NCBI RefSeq assembly: GCF_018350175.1 | Contig: NC_058373.1 | Location: 104,038,001 to 104,102,000 of the forward strand | Direction: 5' to 3' | From: Felis catus | Lineage: Eukaryota | Length of the DNA stretch: 64,000 nucleotides | Part shown: one piece after another, positions 24,193-36,079 of the stretch | Layout of the letters: every line of letters starts with the position of its first letter | How positions within the stretch are numbered: position 1 is the first letter of the stretch | The notes under the pieces: generated by a model | The model's database searches: none | Told to the model about the DNA's origin: nothing | Seen by the model: the letters and a program-made list of their open reading frames with translations, nothing else | Translations under genes and position numbers: made by a program

Positions 24193-24245
24193 ACACACAC
24201 ACGCACGCACGCACACACGCACGCATACACACATGCACACACACA
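24193..24245. repeat. Mixed (CA)/(CG) alternating purine-pyrimidine tract
   Basis: Directly visible. Confidence 0.85.
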
Positions 24246-25623
24246 GGCACTTTCCACGCCCCCCTAAAGGTTGCTACCTTTGTTGCATTGATAAAATGCC
24301 CTCTCGGTCCAGTGGGAAAACGGGAGGCCTCTTACGTGTCAGTTTTTCCAAACCGTCATCACCACAGCAAAATAATTTGCCAAATTGTCAAAATTTACAG
24401 CCATCCCAGACCCGGAAAATTTTGACCGAGGTTATGCCTTCACAAGGTGCCAATCTGACTCCCGGAGCTGTAAACATGATGGCCGAAGTGACAGCCTGGC
24501 CACAAATCCGTCTGGCAGCTTCATTAGGCATCTCTCGCCTGACTGATTAAACTGCATTTAAGACCCACTTTTATTTTTTCAAGCCTTTTGTTTAAATTAA
24601 AAGGTCATGTTTTCAAGCAAATGATCCGCTGCTCCCCTCAGCCTAGCACCATAATACAGTTGCATTATTACTAGTGTTACCCCAAAAGCTCCAGTCAGCT
24701 GTCTAGGCACACCGGCCAGGGCCCCTCCCTTGGGGCTGGCCAGGACCCTGGGGAGGGGATTGTTTATTTATTTACAGTAGGGCCTAGGGAGGGAGCCTGG
24801 CTGGGGGAACCTTCAAGTTGTTGAATAACAAAATCCTAATGGAAGCCTAATGGCAAAACGGGGTTCGATACGTAAGGCACCCCTGCCATTTGGACATCCT
24901 TCCTTTGCAATTTGAGCAGTAGGTTTTGATTTGGCTTAAACGGACAGCATTTCACAAACCTCTGTATTTTATCTCTGTCGTGTTGGAAAAACAACCCAAA
25001 AAAAAAATCAACTTTCTCAGAGCATGGATAATGGCATCACGAAAATATAATAGACACACGCGTCACACTTTGAATAGTATTTGCTAACTGTGGTCTATCA
25101 AGAGGTTCATATCATGTATAAAACAGAGAGTAGGCCCATACTCATAAGCCCCTACCTCCGGCATTCAAGCCAAAGAAGGCCGTGGAGGAAGCTTTGCTTC
25201 CTCTTTCTCGTGGTTTTTCTGTTAGAGTGCACGGCAAATACAGAGGAACCATCCGAGACCTAAGGTATCCCTGGGCTGTTTTAACTTTGTGGGCAGCCAC
25301 TAAAGCTGTTCCCCATTCATTTCATATCAGGCCCAGGAGGCGGAATCTACAAACTAGAGACTATGGATGCAAGGGCGGCTCAGCTTCAGTATAAAAGAGG
25401 AGGAAGAAGCTGTCTGTTTGCAGGCCTGTTTTTGCCTTCGTCCTTTGTCATGAATTTGACGAAAGAAGCCAGGTCAGGAAGCATCTACACAGGTGTCGGG
25501 ATTGATGCTGGGAATTAGTTTTACTTCCTGGTGCTGATAGGTTTCATTTGGTAGGTTTAGAATCTTGAGCTTTTATCTGTTCTTAAGTTCTATGCCAAAT
25601 TGATTTTTGGATTCGATTTCCAT

Positions 25624-25635
25624 CTTTCTCTTTTT

Positions 25636-25699
<64 letters not shown>
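25624..25699. repeat. (TTTC)n tetranucleotide STR
   Basis: Directly visible. Confidence 0.95.
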
Positions 25700-25701
<2 letters not shown>

Positions 25702-26488
25702 TCCTTTTTTTACATTTTCAATTATAATTAAATCCGCCATAATCATCAAGGGTTGAGCAGAACTGGTGCTGGCCAACCCCTAGTGAGTGAGCATCAGTAA
25801 CTCAGTGTGAACAGGGTCAGTGAACCATATTAAAGAAATAGTATTGCCTTTTCATTTTCATTTCAATGAGATTCAACCGATAATAAATACATTTGCATGT
25901 TGATATGCAAATAAAACCCCCAAACAAACAAGCAAACAAACCACCCCCCCCCCACACACACACACACGTTCACATACTTGGAATGTAAGCAGTTTCTAGT
26001 TCTTTGAGAATATTGCTAGGCTATCTGTTCCGCAAAGCCCACTGTTCCTGAAACACATGCCTGTGAGCCTATTTGCGGGAGACTTTGCTCCCCTCGATGT
26101 GTGGGGAGTTTACACGTGGGCACCGAGAAGAAAAGAGAATCTAGATTTTTGTACTTAAATGAAGGAACTTTCGCATTTTCATGTCTCTAACCTTCTGATG
26201 CTGCAAATTAAAATAAAACAAAACAGAACAGGAAAACTGGATTATAGAAAAATAAAATACACATAGCGTGGTCAAGTCATTACATAACCTGAATAATATG
26301 CCTAAGAGTCAAAGGCAGCTAGTGTTCAATTCTGGCACCTAAAATTTAGATTAATAATAAAAATATCTTCCAAAAGGTACAGAATTCCTAGATATATTTA
26401 CCAGCTTGCAAATTTCTAAAAGCGTAGTTTACCATTAAGCTCTTTAAAAAACAAATCACTATAAAAAGTGTATTAACAACAACAACAA

Positions 26489-26517
26489 ATATATATATAT
26501 ATACATATATATATATG

Positions 26518-26549
<32 letters not shown>
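26489..26549. repeat. Imperfect (TA)n
   Basis: Directly visible. Confidence 0.9.
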
Positions 26550-28136
26550 CTAACACATACTCTAAATCAGGATCACTTGGAACATTACACGAGTGTGTCC
26601 CTATTTTGTTTTATGCAGCACAAAGTCCAAATTAATTTTAAACCTTAAAATTGATTTCAATAACTTTAGTAAGGAAACACATATGTAATATCCCTTGTAC
26701 CTCATCAGTGCTTAACAAATGCTGTTTGTAGTTAGTGATTAGTTTCTAATAAATAATCTGACTACTAATGATCAAAGTAGTTGCTATTCTACACCTTCTA
26801 GTCCTGATCCAATATTTCAATAAAATAAGCCAACCGTTACTTATGGAACACAAATACATAAATAAACAAAGCCAATAATTTCAAAATGTTTTCAGATATC
26901 AAAACCTTCTTAAACTCAAGCTCACGTCGTCAGTTTTAGGTGCAAAGATTTTCCCCCAAATAATGCCACATTGGCAGGAAGAAGGGGAGATATTTTTCTA
27001 GTCTTTTCCTATAATGTTTTCACTCTGAAAATAAGAATCCGTTTTCCATTTGGAAATCTCTTCCAAGTGGGTCTGAATCCAAATAACTTACAATTTGTTC
27101 CATTCATTAATCATGAAAGCTCTAAATATGTTTTTGAATACACTGTATCAGTACTGATGGACATATTTAGCAAAGCAATATATCAGCTATATACAAAAGC
27201 CATTTTAACAGCCTCTTTAATAAAGTCAGAGACAAAAAATACCAAGGCACAGTGATATGTGTTTAATTAGGAGGTATACTGTACTTAGGAACATTCTAAT
27301 GAATAATAAATGATGTTTTATTTCCTGTGTCTGAGACACAAAGCCAAATAATCAAGAATCAAAGCAACTCAGAGTATTAGGTAACAATCAGTAAACTTGG
27401 GCAAGATCCTTTTTCCCTCTCAAGTTTAATTGGCTCATTGTTCCCAGGAACTATAAACCATGGGGTTGGTGGCAGTGCTGAAGTTTACTTCTATAAAGGA
27501 AGATTAACATATTCTGGAACTTTACACTAATCCTTGTTTTGAGTTAACTCAAGCAGATTGGATTAGTAATTCTTACCTACCACCCACTAGAAGGGACCCC
27601 AGCTTCTTTTCTTTGACAAACGGTGGTATTGTACCCCTTCTGTACATTATCCCCCGCCGAAAACGTTGTGGGGAAAAGAAATTGTGTTATATGAGGGGGG
27701 CAGGAACCCAGAGTTTCTCTATTATCAGCCTGGTGCACATTTGGTTAATTCAGCCCGTGGTGGGGACTCTGAGAAGTTCATTAAACATTTCCTCCTCACT
27801 GAATGTGGGGAGGGCTGTGGCCGGAGGGCGAGAGAAAAGCCTTCTCCCGCCCAGCCCTGTCGGACCATTTCCATATCCTTTCTTCCCTTGTATTCCCTCA
27901 ACTCTCAGATATGAACCCAAACTGGCCCATTCTCCAGAAGAGCCATTAGGTACTTCTGTTCTTCCTACTATCGTGACTTCATCTACATATTGAGGTGGCG
28001 TCTCTAGTCTTGAAAGAAAAGAATACCAACGAAATTAAGTGCTGCCGAGTCCCACGAAGGAGATGCCCTCGCCCTGTCGACCTCCCAGTCCTAGGCTTGT
28101 TGCCATGTGCCTGAAGAAGTCTGATTTTCCAATTAT

Positions 28137-28358
28137 TTTAAATGTTTTTTTTTTTCAACGTTTATTTATTTTTGGGACAGAGAGAGACAGAGCATGAACG
28201 GGGGAGGGGCAGAGAGAGAGGGAGACACAGAATCGGAAACAGGCTCCAGGCTCTGAGCCATCAGCCCAGAGCCTGACGCGGGGCTCGAACTCCCGGACCG
28301 CGAGATCGTGACCTGGCTGAAGTCGGACGCTCAACCGACTGCGCCACCCAGGCGCCCC
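28137..28358 (-). mobile_element. Young feline Can-SINE
   Basis: Perfect TSD tgattttccaattat. Confidence 0.95.
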
Positions 28359-28394
28359 TGATTTTCCAATTATAAGTAAACACTTGAAAACTTC

Positions 28395-28732
28395 TTTCTT
28401 TTTTGCAGTTTCATTGAGATACAATTGGCAAACAGCACTGTTAAGTTTAAGATACACAGGACAATGATTTGACTGACACAGATTGTGAAATGATTACCAT
28501 ATAAGTTTAGTTAACATCTGTCCTCTCATACAGATGCAGGAAAAAAAGGAAAGGAAAAAGCAAAAAATATGTTTTTTCCTTGCGCTAAGAACCCTTGAGA
28601 TCTACTCTCTTTGCAACGTTCAGATACGCCACACAGCAGAGCTAATTATAGTCATCATGTGCACATCACATCCCTGGGACTTACCTTCTAACTGGAAGTT
28701 TGTACCTTTTAACCACTTGTGTCCAATTCTCC
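28395..28732 (-). mobile_element. L1 3'UTR (L1MA9/carnivore-type)
   Basis: attgagatacaattg...ttgtgaaatgattacca...ttagttaacatc...aactggaagtttgtacctttt. Confidence 0.8.
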
Positions 28733-29189
28733 TTTGATTCCTTTCTTTAATTTTCCAACAGTCATAAACGGGGAGCCACACCCACTCAGGACCTACTTCC
28801 CTTCCCTATAGAACACTGTCCTACAAATCTACTGCTGTCCTCGTTTGCTTAATTGCTTCGGCTTCAGAGCAGCCAGATGGCTCTTTTGTCATGATGGGAC
28901 ATAGTTAATTACTGGCGTTACTATGAACAATTATTAGAAACAGATAAAACCGTCCATTTTTCGTTCTGTGAGTGGAAGTCTAAATCTTCACTATTGTTTT
29001 ACTTGAAATAACCAAAATAATGTAGTCTGAAGCAGGATTTCCAGTACATTAGTTTTGAATCTGATGTTTAAGATTCTTTGACCTCGTTCCTGTAAGTGGA
29101 CTCCAGCAAATGAAAACAAACTACGTACTGATCATTAAATGAGGAATAGCGATCTACGATTTTGAGGAATTTGAAAGGAGCAAAGAGGG

Positions 29190-29370
29190 ATATTTGCTTG
29201 GCATCCACTGGGCACCAGGCTCTCGGCTGAGCAATTTATATACAATTTGAGTGAGCGGACACTGGTTTGCATGGATGTAGAATCCCAGAAGTTAGAATGA
29301 AGTGCTCGGGGCCATACAGCGAGAGTAGGGCTTTGAACCCAGGTCGACTTGATTCCAGTACTCATACTGT
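29190..29370 (-). mobile_element. MIR fragment
   Basis: gggctttgaacccaggtcgacttgattcc. Confidence 0.5.
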
Positions 29371-30832
29371 TTTCCATACCAAGTGTCTTCATGTTTTGGG
29401 AGCTATATGTTAATAAGTTATAAACACGGAACAGGAAACGAATCCACTCTACATGTTTGCCGTGCCACGGATGACGCTGATTGACAGAAAGGGGAGGGAC
29501 GAGAGGCTGGACAAGAAATGAGATGCGGGCAAACTCCCCCGCCCAGCAGGCAGGCCTGCGTAGGACTGGTAACCATTGGCTGCCCATGCTCACGAATACC
29601 TGGAAACGCTTTAAAGGGACCTCCGACTGTGGAGGCGAGGGCTTCAAGAAAGGACATCACCTACCTCTACACTGTGTCTCTGCCTCCTTCCCTGCCCCCA
29701 ACCTTCCCAGCAGTGTCTGTTCAGTGCTGGCCTGGAAACCAGACCAGCCGCCCTCCAGGCCCCTACACAAAGCAGGTCCAAGACGCCGACCCAGACCCTC
29801 TGCCGACAGCACTGTCACCTCTTGCTAGTGCCTAGACCCCATTTTCACTGGCTGCAAGATCTTGGTCCCCTGACCCAGGTGCACCCCTCCCTCCCTCTGG
29901 CCTCCCTCCAGCCCCTCTCTGCCGGTCCTCACCAACACTGGCTTTGCTGACCCCTTCAGTGCTGGGGTCTCCTGTGCGGCCCCCTGCCTGGTCCTCTAAC
30001 GCTCACTGTCTGGTTCCATCAGGTCACCCCTCACGTCTTCTCTGCCCCCTGCCGCACTCCAGCTCAGGGGAGACCCTGCCAAGAACTGGCCCCAAGGAGC
30101 CTTCAGTGAGAAGCCCTCACCACGCATGGGCCGGGTTGGGTCAGGATGGACCTTCACAAAACTGCCACCACGCTTTCTGCTCCTGCTCCTTTCTATCACC
30201 TTCTCGGGGAAGGGAAGCACAGAGAAGAGAAGAAGAGAATATAAAGACACATTAAAGGTTGCTAGAGTAGGAAGTAACTTGGAGGCCCCCCAGGCTTAGG
30301 TGGGAACTTTGAGGTCAAGGGGGAAGGGAAGGAGGTAGGGAGGGAAGGGGAGGTGGCCTAAGTCCCTCCCTGCCAGGGACAGTGACACCAATAGGTCAGT
30401 GACACTTCTCCTGTCCCTCCTTTCCCCCCTCCCCCCCTGCCTCATGTGTGTGTGGCTCTCAAGCCTGGGATTCCTGATTCTGAGGTTCTGGTTTCTTTCC
30501 AGGAAGAAAGAGAGGGAGGGGCAGCGCTACTTTAAGCCAACATTTCTTGAATACCTCGGATCTTCCCTGTGGGGGCTGGTTACCCCGAGGGGTCAGAAAG
30601 GAGACCCCCTCCCGGGGCACACACTAGGATCCGGCATAGGTGCCTGCAGGTCTCAGACCAACTTCCTGCTTTATATGTCAACTCCCTCTTTCTGTGGCTG
30701 TAACTGTGTGAAAGTCATGTAAACTGTGTACGTGTGACCAGGCAGGAAGGGTACGGCTAGACACACCCGTGAATGTGGTAGATACCCGGATTTATTCATA
30801 CGTCTTCTGCTCGGGATTACTACCCTGAACTA

Positions 30833-30954
30833 CTTCTTCCTTTTCTTTTCCTCCTTTTCCTTCTCCTTCTCCTCCTTCTCCTTCTCCTTCTTTCTCCTCC
30901 TTCTTTCTTCTTCTTCTTCTTCTTCTTCTTCTTCTTCTTCTTCTTCTTCTTCTT
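30833..30954. repeat. Compound CT-rich tract ending in (TTC)16
   Basis: Directly visible; gives 16 consecutive Glu codons on the minus strand. Confidence 0.95.
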
Positions 30955-31713
30955 TATAAAATTTATGGTTACATTGGTTTCCATACAACACCCAGTGCTC
31001 ATCCCAACAGGTGCCCTCCTCAATGCCCATCACGCACTTTCCCCTCCCCCCTACCCCCCATCAACCCTCAGTTTATTCTCAGTATTTAAGAGTCTCTTAT
31101 CGTTTGCCTCCTTCCCTGTCTGTAACTTTTTTTTTCTCCCTTCTCCTCCCTCCCCCCGCCCCCGGTCTTCTGTTGAGTTTCTCAGGATCCACATATGAGT
31201 GAAAACATATGGTATCTGTTTTTCTCTGCCTGATTTATTTCACTTAGCATAATACCCTCCAGTTCTATCCGTGTTGCTACAAAAGGCCATATTTCATTCT
31301 TTCTCATTGTCAAGTAGTATTCCATTGTGCATATAAACCATATCTTTTTTTTTTTTTAATTTTTTTTTCAACGTTTATTTATTTTTGGGACAGAGAGAGA
31401 CAGAGCATGAACGGGGGAGGGGGAGAGAGAGAGGGAGACACAGAATCGGAAACAGGCTCCAGGCTCCGAGCCATCAGCCCAGAGCCTGACGCGGGGCTCG
31501 AACTCACAGACCGCGAGATCGTGACCTGGCTGAAGTCGGACGCTTAACCGACTGCGCCACCCAGGCGCCCCAAACCACATCTTCTTTATCCATTCGTCAG
31601 TTGATGGACATTTAGGCTCTTTCCATAATTTGGCTATTGTTGAAAGCGCTGCTATAAACATTGGGGTACAAGTGCCCGTATGCATCAGCACTTCTGTATC
31701 CCTTGGGTAAATG
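30836..31713 (-). mobile_element. 5'-truncated feline L1 (ORF2 C-terminus, 3'UTR and tail) with nested SINE
   Basis: Minus-strand peptide CTPMFIAALSTIAKLWKEPKCPSTDEWIKKMW is the L1 ORF2 C-terminus; TSD ctacc(c/t)tgaact(a/t)ctt at 30820-30835 and 31714-31729. Confidence 0.92.
31347..31571 (-). mobile_element. Young feline Can-SINE nested in L1
   Basis: TSD aaacca(t/c)atctt. Confidence 0.95.
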
Positions 31714-32138
31714 CTACCTTGAACTTCTTATCTCTGCCCAATCTCCTGAGCGCACTGCTCAGGAAGCATGGGGTCGCTGCTCCCTACTTGAAAAAATTAA
31801 GAAGTGCAGCATTTCCATGCATATTTGCTACTACTGTCTCCTTGCTCAAGAGGTTTTCTGCAATACTCAACATTCACTGAGCCCTTGTATGACTCTCTCG
31901 CGTCAGGAACAGGAAGAAGACCCGAGTCTTGTCCTCAAGGGGCTCACGGTTTAGTGGATGACGTAAGTTTGTCTCATGAGATGAAGGTGAAGGACAAAGC
32001 GTTATGCAAGTTAGTCCTATTAATAAGTGTCCACGTACTTGTTGTCCCTGAGTCTTCATTACTCGTGTCCCCTTGCAGTCTCAAACCTGTCCTAGGTTAG
32101 AGGCTAAATTATGCAGTTACCCTAGCTGTTGGGTGAGG

Positions 32139-32162
32139 ACACACACACACACACACACACAC
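32139..32162. repeat. (CA)n
   Basis: Directly visible. Confidence 0.9.
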
Positions 32163-32642
32163 GCAACCATCAGCCAAACTCACTGAGCTTTCCTTACAGA
32201 TATGCCTTCCCAAGCAATCGTGGACAGGGTGTACATTACGTTTCTGTGGAAAGGAAAGGAAGGAACTAGATTCTGACCCTTCCTCTGAAGTCACACGCAG
32301 AAAAGGGAATGGGAGAGAGGAGGCAAGCCAGCATCTCTTCGCTACTTCCTGTGTGACGGCCAGGCATGGCGAGTAGGTTTCAGTGATGTGTTCTTCCCAA
32401 CAAGTGGCAGTGTCTGTGTGGAAGACCGAGAGCCTGTCCATGCTCAGGCACACAGATGCCACAATGGACCCACAGCGTCAGCAGCATCTGCAGAAGGAAA
32501 GCGTTCTGGATGCATTCTACCGACAAACACTCCCTTGGTTTCTGTGTGTACTTTCCAGACTAAATTTCAGAAGTTCGGCTTTATTTTGTCGCTTGGCCTG
32601 GTCTTTTCTTTTTCTATTTTCCCAATATTCTTTTCGGTCCAC

Positions 32643-32796
32643 GAGCTATATTGATTACTTAAAAATTTCAGTGGGACAACTGTATCACAAAGAAAATTTA
32701 GTAGCTCACAATACCTATAAGACATTAAAGAGAACAGTGTGTTAGAACAGCAACACCCGTGGTTTTTCCTAAGTCCATCAAAATAGCACACAATAT
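32643..32796 (+). repeat. Copy 1 of a local direct duplication of about 150 bp
   Basis: Aligns by eye with 34564-34703. Confidence 0.9.
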
Positions 32797-32899
32797 CTGA
32801 CATTGTAGCCAGGCTTGATTTTTTTTTTCTTTTTACCATCCTATAAATGTTTAAATTATAGAACATTCCTTGACTATGCATTGGATTGTCCCACATATA

Positions 32900-33085
32900 A
32901 GTCAAGGCTCTTTGAGGTGCTAGTGAAAGAGACCCAGATCAAGGTAGTGTGAGCCTTAAAAGATATTTGACTGGCTCACTTAAATGAGAAGTGCAAGAGT
33001 AGCTTCAGGTATGGCTGAATCCAGGGGCAAATGTCATCCAAACTTTCTCTGTACCTTCGACTACATATGGGTCTCTTTAATTCCC
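32900..33085 (-). mobile_element. Old MaLR (MLT1J/K-like) LTR fragment
   Basis: gcttcaggtatggctgaatccagggg. Confidence 0.6.
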
Positions 33086-33133
33086 TTGCTTTGCAAATGT
33101 GCTTCCTCAAAGGGCCTGGCTGCCAGCAGTTCC

Positions 33134-33136
<3 letters not shown>

Positions 33137-33175
<39 letters not shown>

Positions 33176-33188
33176 CACACACACACAC
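33137..33188. repeat. (CA)n
   Basis: Directly visible. Confidence 0.95.
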
Positions 33189-33611
33189 CCATTCATTCAT
33201 TGAATGGAGAAGGAATGCCAGGAACACCAAATGAAGGGCTCTATCTTATACATTCTAAGACCCCTTCCATTGTCCATTCTGTCCTTCATTCTTTTCTTTC
33301 TTCTGTTCTTTAAATGTTTTCAGCATTTTAACATCTATAAAATCAGAATGTATCTTAAATTTGCTGTTATTAGGTGGCAGTTGAGACATAGTTGTTTTTA
33401 CCTGGGCACATGATCAAACCTGCAGAATGAATGTCTGTAGCTCAAGAAACCAGTCCTGGGGCCGTAACAGAGCACTCTTTTCAGAAAGTCATACTAAGTC
33501 ACTGATATTCCTGATAGCACAAAGAACATTGGGGGGAAAGACGTATATAGCAACCACTGCAAATGCAAAAGGACATTGCACATAAAAAAGTTTTAGAATA
33601 TCATTAGTTTT

Positions 33612-33815
33612 GGGCACCTTGGTGGCTCAGTTGGTTAAGCGACGGACTCTTGATTTTGACTCACGTCAAGATCTCATGGTTTGTGGGATCGAGCCCCACA
33701 TGGGGCTTTGAGCTAACAGTGATGAACCTGTTTGGGATTCTCTCTCTCCCTCTCTCTCTGTCCCTCTTCTGCTCACACTCGCTCTTCTCTCAAAATAAAT
33801 AAATACATAAAAAGA
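33612..33815 (+). mobile_element. Older Can-SINE
   Basis: TSD aatatcattagtttt. Confidence 0.92.
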
Positions 33816-33862
33816 AATATCATTAGTTTTGTTTACATCTTCGTTTTAAAAGAGATATCTTC

Positions 33863-34072
33863 TTTTTTTAAAGTTTAGTTATTTATTTTGAAAGACAGCT
33901 TAAGCCCGAGCAGGGGAGGGGCAGAGAGACAGGGAGAGAGAGAGAATCCCAAGCAGGTTCCATGCCGTCAGCGAGGAACCAACGTGGGGCTCAGTCTCAC
34001 AAATCATGAGATCATGACCTGAGCAGAAATCAAGAGTCAGGTGCTTAACCGACTGAGCCACTCAGGCACCCC
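33863..34072 (-). mobile_element. Older Can-SINE
   Basis: Full antisense element. Confidence 0.9.
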
Positions 34073-34339
34073 ATCCTCTTTCCATTTACCCACAAGAATC
34101 AGAAGGTCTATAAACCAGTGTCTCAGCGAGTCTAAAAAAGTTTTTCCAGTAAATACAATTTTATAAGGATGCGTCTGACACTTGAGGGCATCTTAGTGCA
34201 ATTAAAGTGTTGCCTTCCAAGTCACTTTCTGTTCACTAGAAGTGGCTCAGCTCACAAGTGTGAGCTGATTGTTCTGTGGCATTATAACACCATTTCTGTT
34301 CTGCACTTACAGCTGCACAGGGGACAGTGGGGCTCCTGT

Positions 34340-34530
34340 GGGACAGTCCAGCAGGAAGAGCCCTGGTCTGTCATAAAGGAGCTGAAGATTCCGGACTCCA
34401 CATCTCCCTCTTACCAGCAACTGCTGGGGACCTACCTCACCTCTCTGCACCTCGGTTTCTTTATCTGTAACAGAAATTGCACGATCGCTAAGAAGTCTTC
34501 TGGGTATAATGCTTTTGAAGCTAGCAATGG
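34340..34530 (+). mobile_element. MIR fragment
   Basis: acctctctgcacctcggtttctttatctgtaa MIR core. Confidence 0.65.
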
Positions 34531-34563
34531 CATATGCTATATAAACCTGGTGTTCTTATCATA

Positions 34564-34703
34564 GAGCTATATTGACTATTTAAAAATTTCAGCGGGACAA
34601 CTGTATTTTAGCTCACAATACCTATAAGACATTAAAAAGAATGATGTGTTAGAGCCGCAACACCCATGGTTTTTCCTAAGTCCATCAAAATAGCACACAA
34701 TAT
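34564..34703 (+). repeat. Copy 2 of the local direct duplication
   Basis: Aligns with 32643-32796, 14 nt shorter. Confidence 0.9.
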
Positions 34704-35466
34704 TAGACTAAGCTTTATTAAAAATCTTTTCTTTTAACCCACCCATGCTAAACACGCCAAGGCATCCAGTGTGTGCTAATGAGGTCAACACTATTAGGCA
34801 ACATCAGGAAACGCTGATTCCCGACTCTAAGTTATTTGTTCTGCAGTTTGAGTCTGTCTGTGCAGAAAAGGTGTCAGTCAATTTCTTCATTTCTTCCCCA
34901 AAAAGCAAGAGAAAGACACGGTCACCAGGTAAGCAGTCCAGACTAAAGGCATCCCACAGCTAAGAACCAGAGTGCAGAGGAAAAACAGCTTGGTGTTCAG
35001 AATTACATTAAGTTTCTGTTAGAGCACAATGCAGGCAAAATATTCCAGTTTACAGAAAAGTCTACCAACCCAGGAAAGAGGAAGAAAACAGGTGACAGAC
35101 CTATGGTAACCTGACGACAAAGACGCTAGTTCCTGGGAGGCAGTGTTAACCCCTGCATGGAATATCCAGGCAGCCAGTCTTTCCTTTGTCCGAGTTTGTA
35201 GTACTCATTTCTTTTCATCACATCTGCATCGAAACCCTGGGATGTTGGTGCTTCTGATTTCCACAAAACACGTAAACAGTAAGGAGCGGGAAGAGGGGAA
35301 AACAAAACAAAGCAAAACCAACAAAACACCAAACTTTACTAAGCTCTGGAAGCCCGGTGTTTCCTAAATGCACAACAGAGCCTCCTTGGCAGCTTCTTTT
35401 TTGGTGAGGAAATGGAGGCAATTAAGGAGTGAGTTACCCAGGGTCACAAAAGAATCAGTGCCTAGA

Positions 35467-35671
35467 GGGGCGCCTGGGTGGCGCAGTCGGTTAAGCGTCC
35501 GACTTCAGCCAGGTCACGATCTCGCGGTCCGTGAGTTCGAGCCCCGCGTCGGGCTCTGGGCTGGTGGCTCGGAGCCTGGAGCCTGCTTCCGATTCTGTGT
35601 CTCCCTCTCTCTCTGCCCCTCCCCCGTTCATGCTCTCTCTCTCTGTCCTAAAAATAAAAAAAAAAATTTAA
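35467..35671 (+). mobile_element. Young feline Can-SINE inside an antisense MIR
   Basis: Perfect TSD aaaagaatcagtgcctaga. Confidence 0.95.
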
Positions 35672-36079
35672 AAAAGAATCAGTGCCTAGAATTCGAACAA
35701 GTCTGATTCCTGAGCCATTGATTAAACGAAAAATTAAGCTCTCATTTCAAAGATGACTGCCTCGGGACTTTCACTAGAGCAAGATAACGTCGGGGTAGGC
35801 ATAAGGAAAAGTTTCCTGATATGAATATATAAGATGGTAGGCTATGCCAAGGAAGGAGAGAACCCAAGTCCTGCCCTTTGAAACAAGAGGTGCTGGCTAA
35901 TGAGTTCGTTCCATACAACCACTGCTAGCCTGGTAATCTTGCAGACATGGGAATGTTTTCTTCCTACCCATCTCTCTGACTGCTTCTTTCTAGTTTCCTT
36001 CAATAGCTTCCACTTTCTTTTAATATTCCGCCATTCTCCTGTGCCTCAAACTACTTTACCAGTAGTATGTTTCAATGCT

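Larger units (their letters stand above)
33310..34210. mobile_element. Tigger-family (Tigger13-like) DNA transposon fossil with two nested SINEs
   Basis: cattttaacatct...aaatcagaatgtatctta and terminal ggcatcttag motifs resemble recalled consensus. Confidence 0.5.

Noticed and set aside
25573..25776. KKERKKER repeat peptide
   Set aside because: Translation of the (TTTC)n microsatellite
29135..30722. Cluster of 80-170 aa ORFs in GC-richer sequence
   Set aside because: Pro/Ser-rich, both strands, partly MIR-derived, no exon structure or known domain
30820..31033. Poly-Lys/Arg and poly-Glu ORFs
   Set aside because: L1 3'UTR read into the (GAA)n tail
31368..31691. ORF containing genuine L1 ORF2 peptide
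   Set aside because: 5'-truncated L1 interrupted by a SINE; not an expressed gene
32643..34703. CRISPR-like or LTR-pair reading of the direct repeats
   Set aside because: Only two units, no spacer periodicity, no TG...CA ends, primer-binding site or internal retroviral sequence
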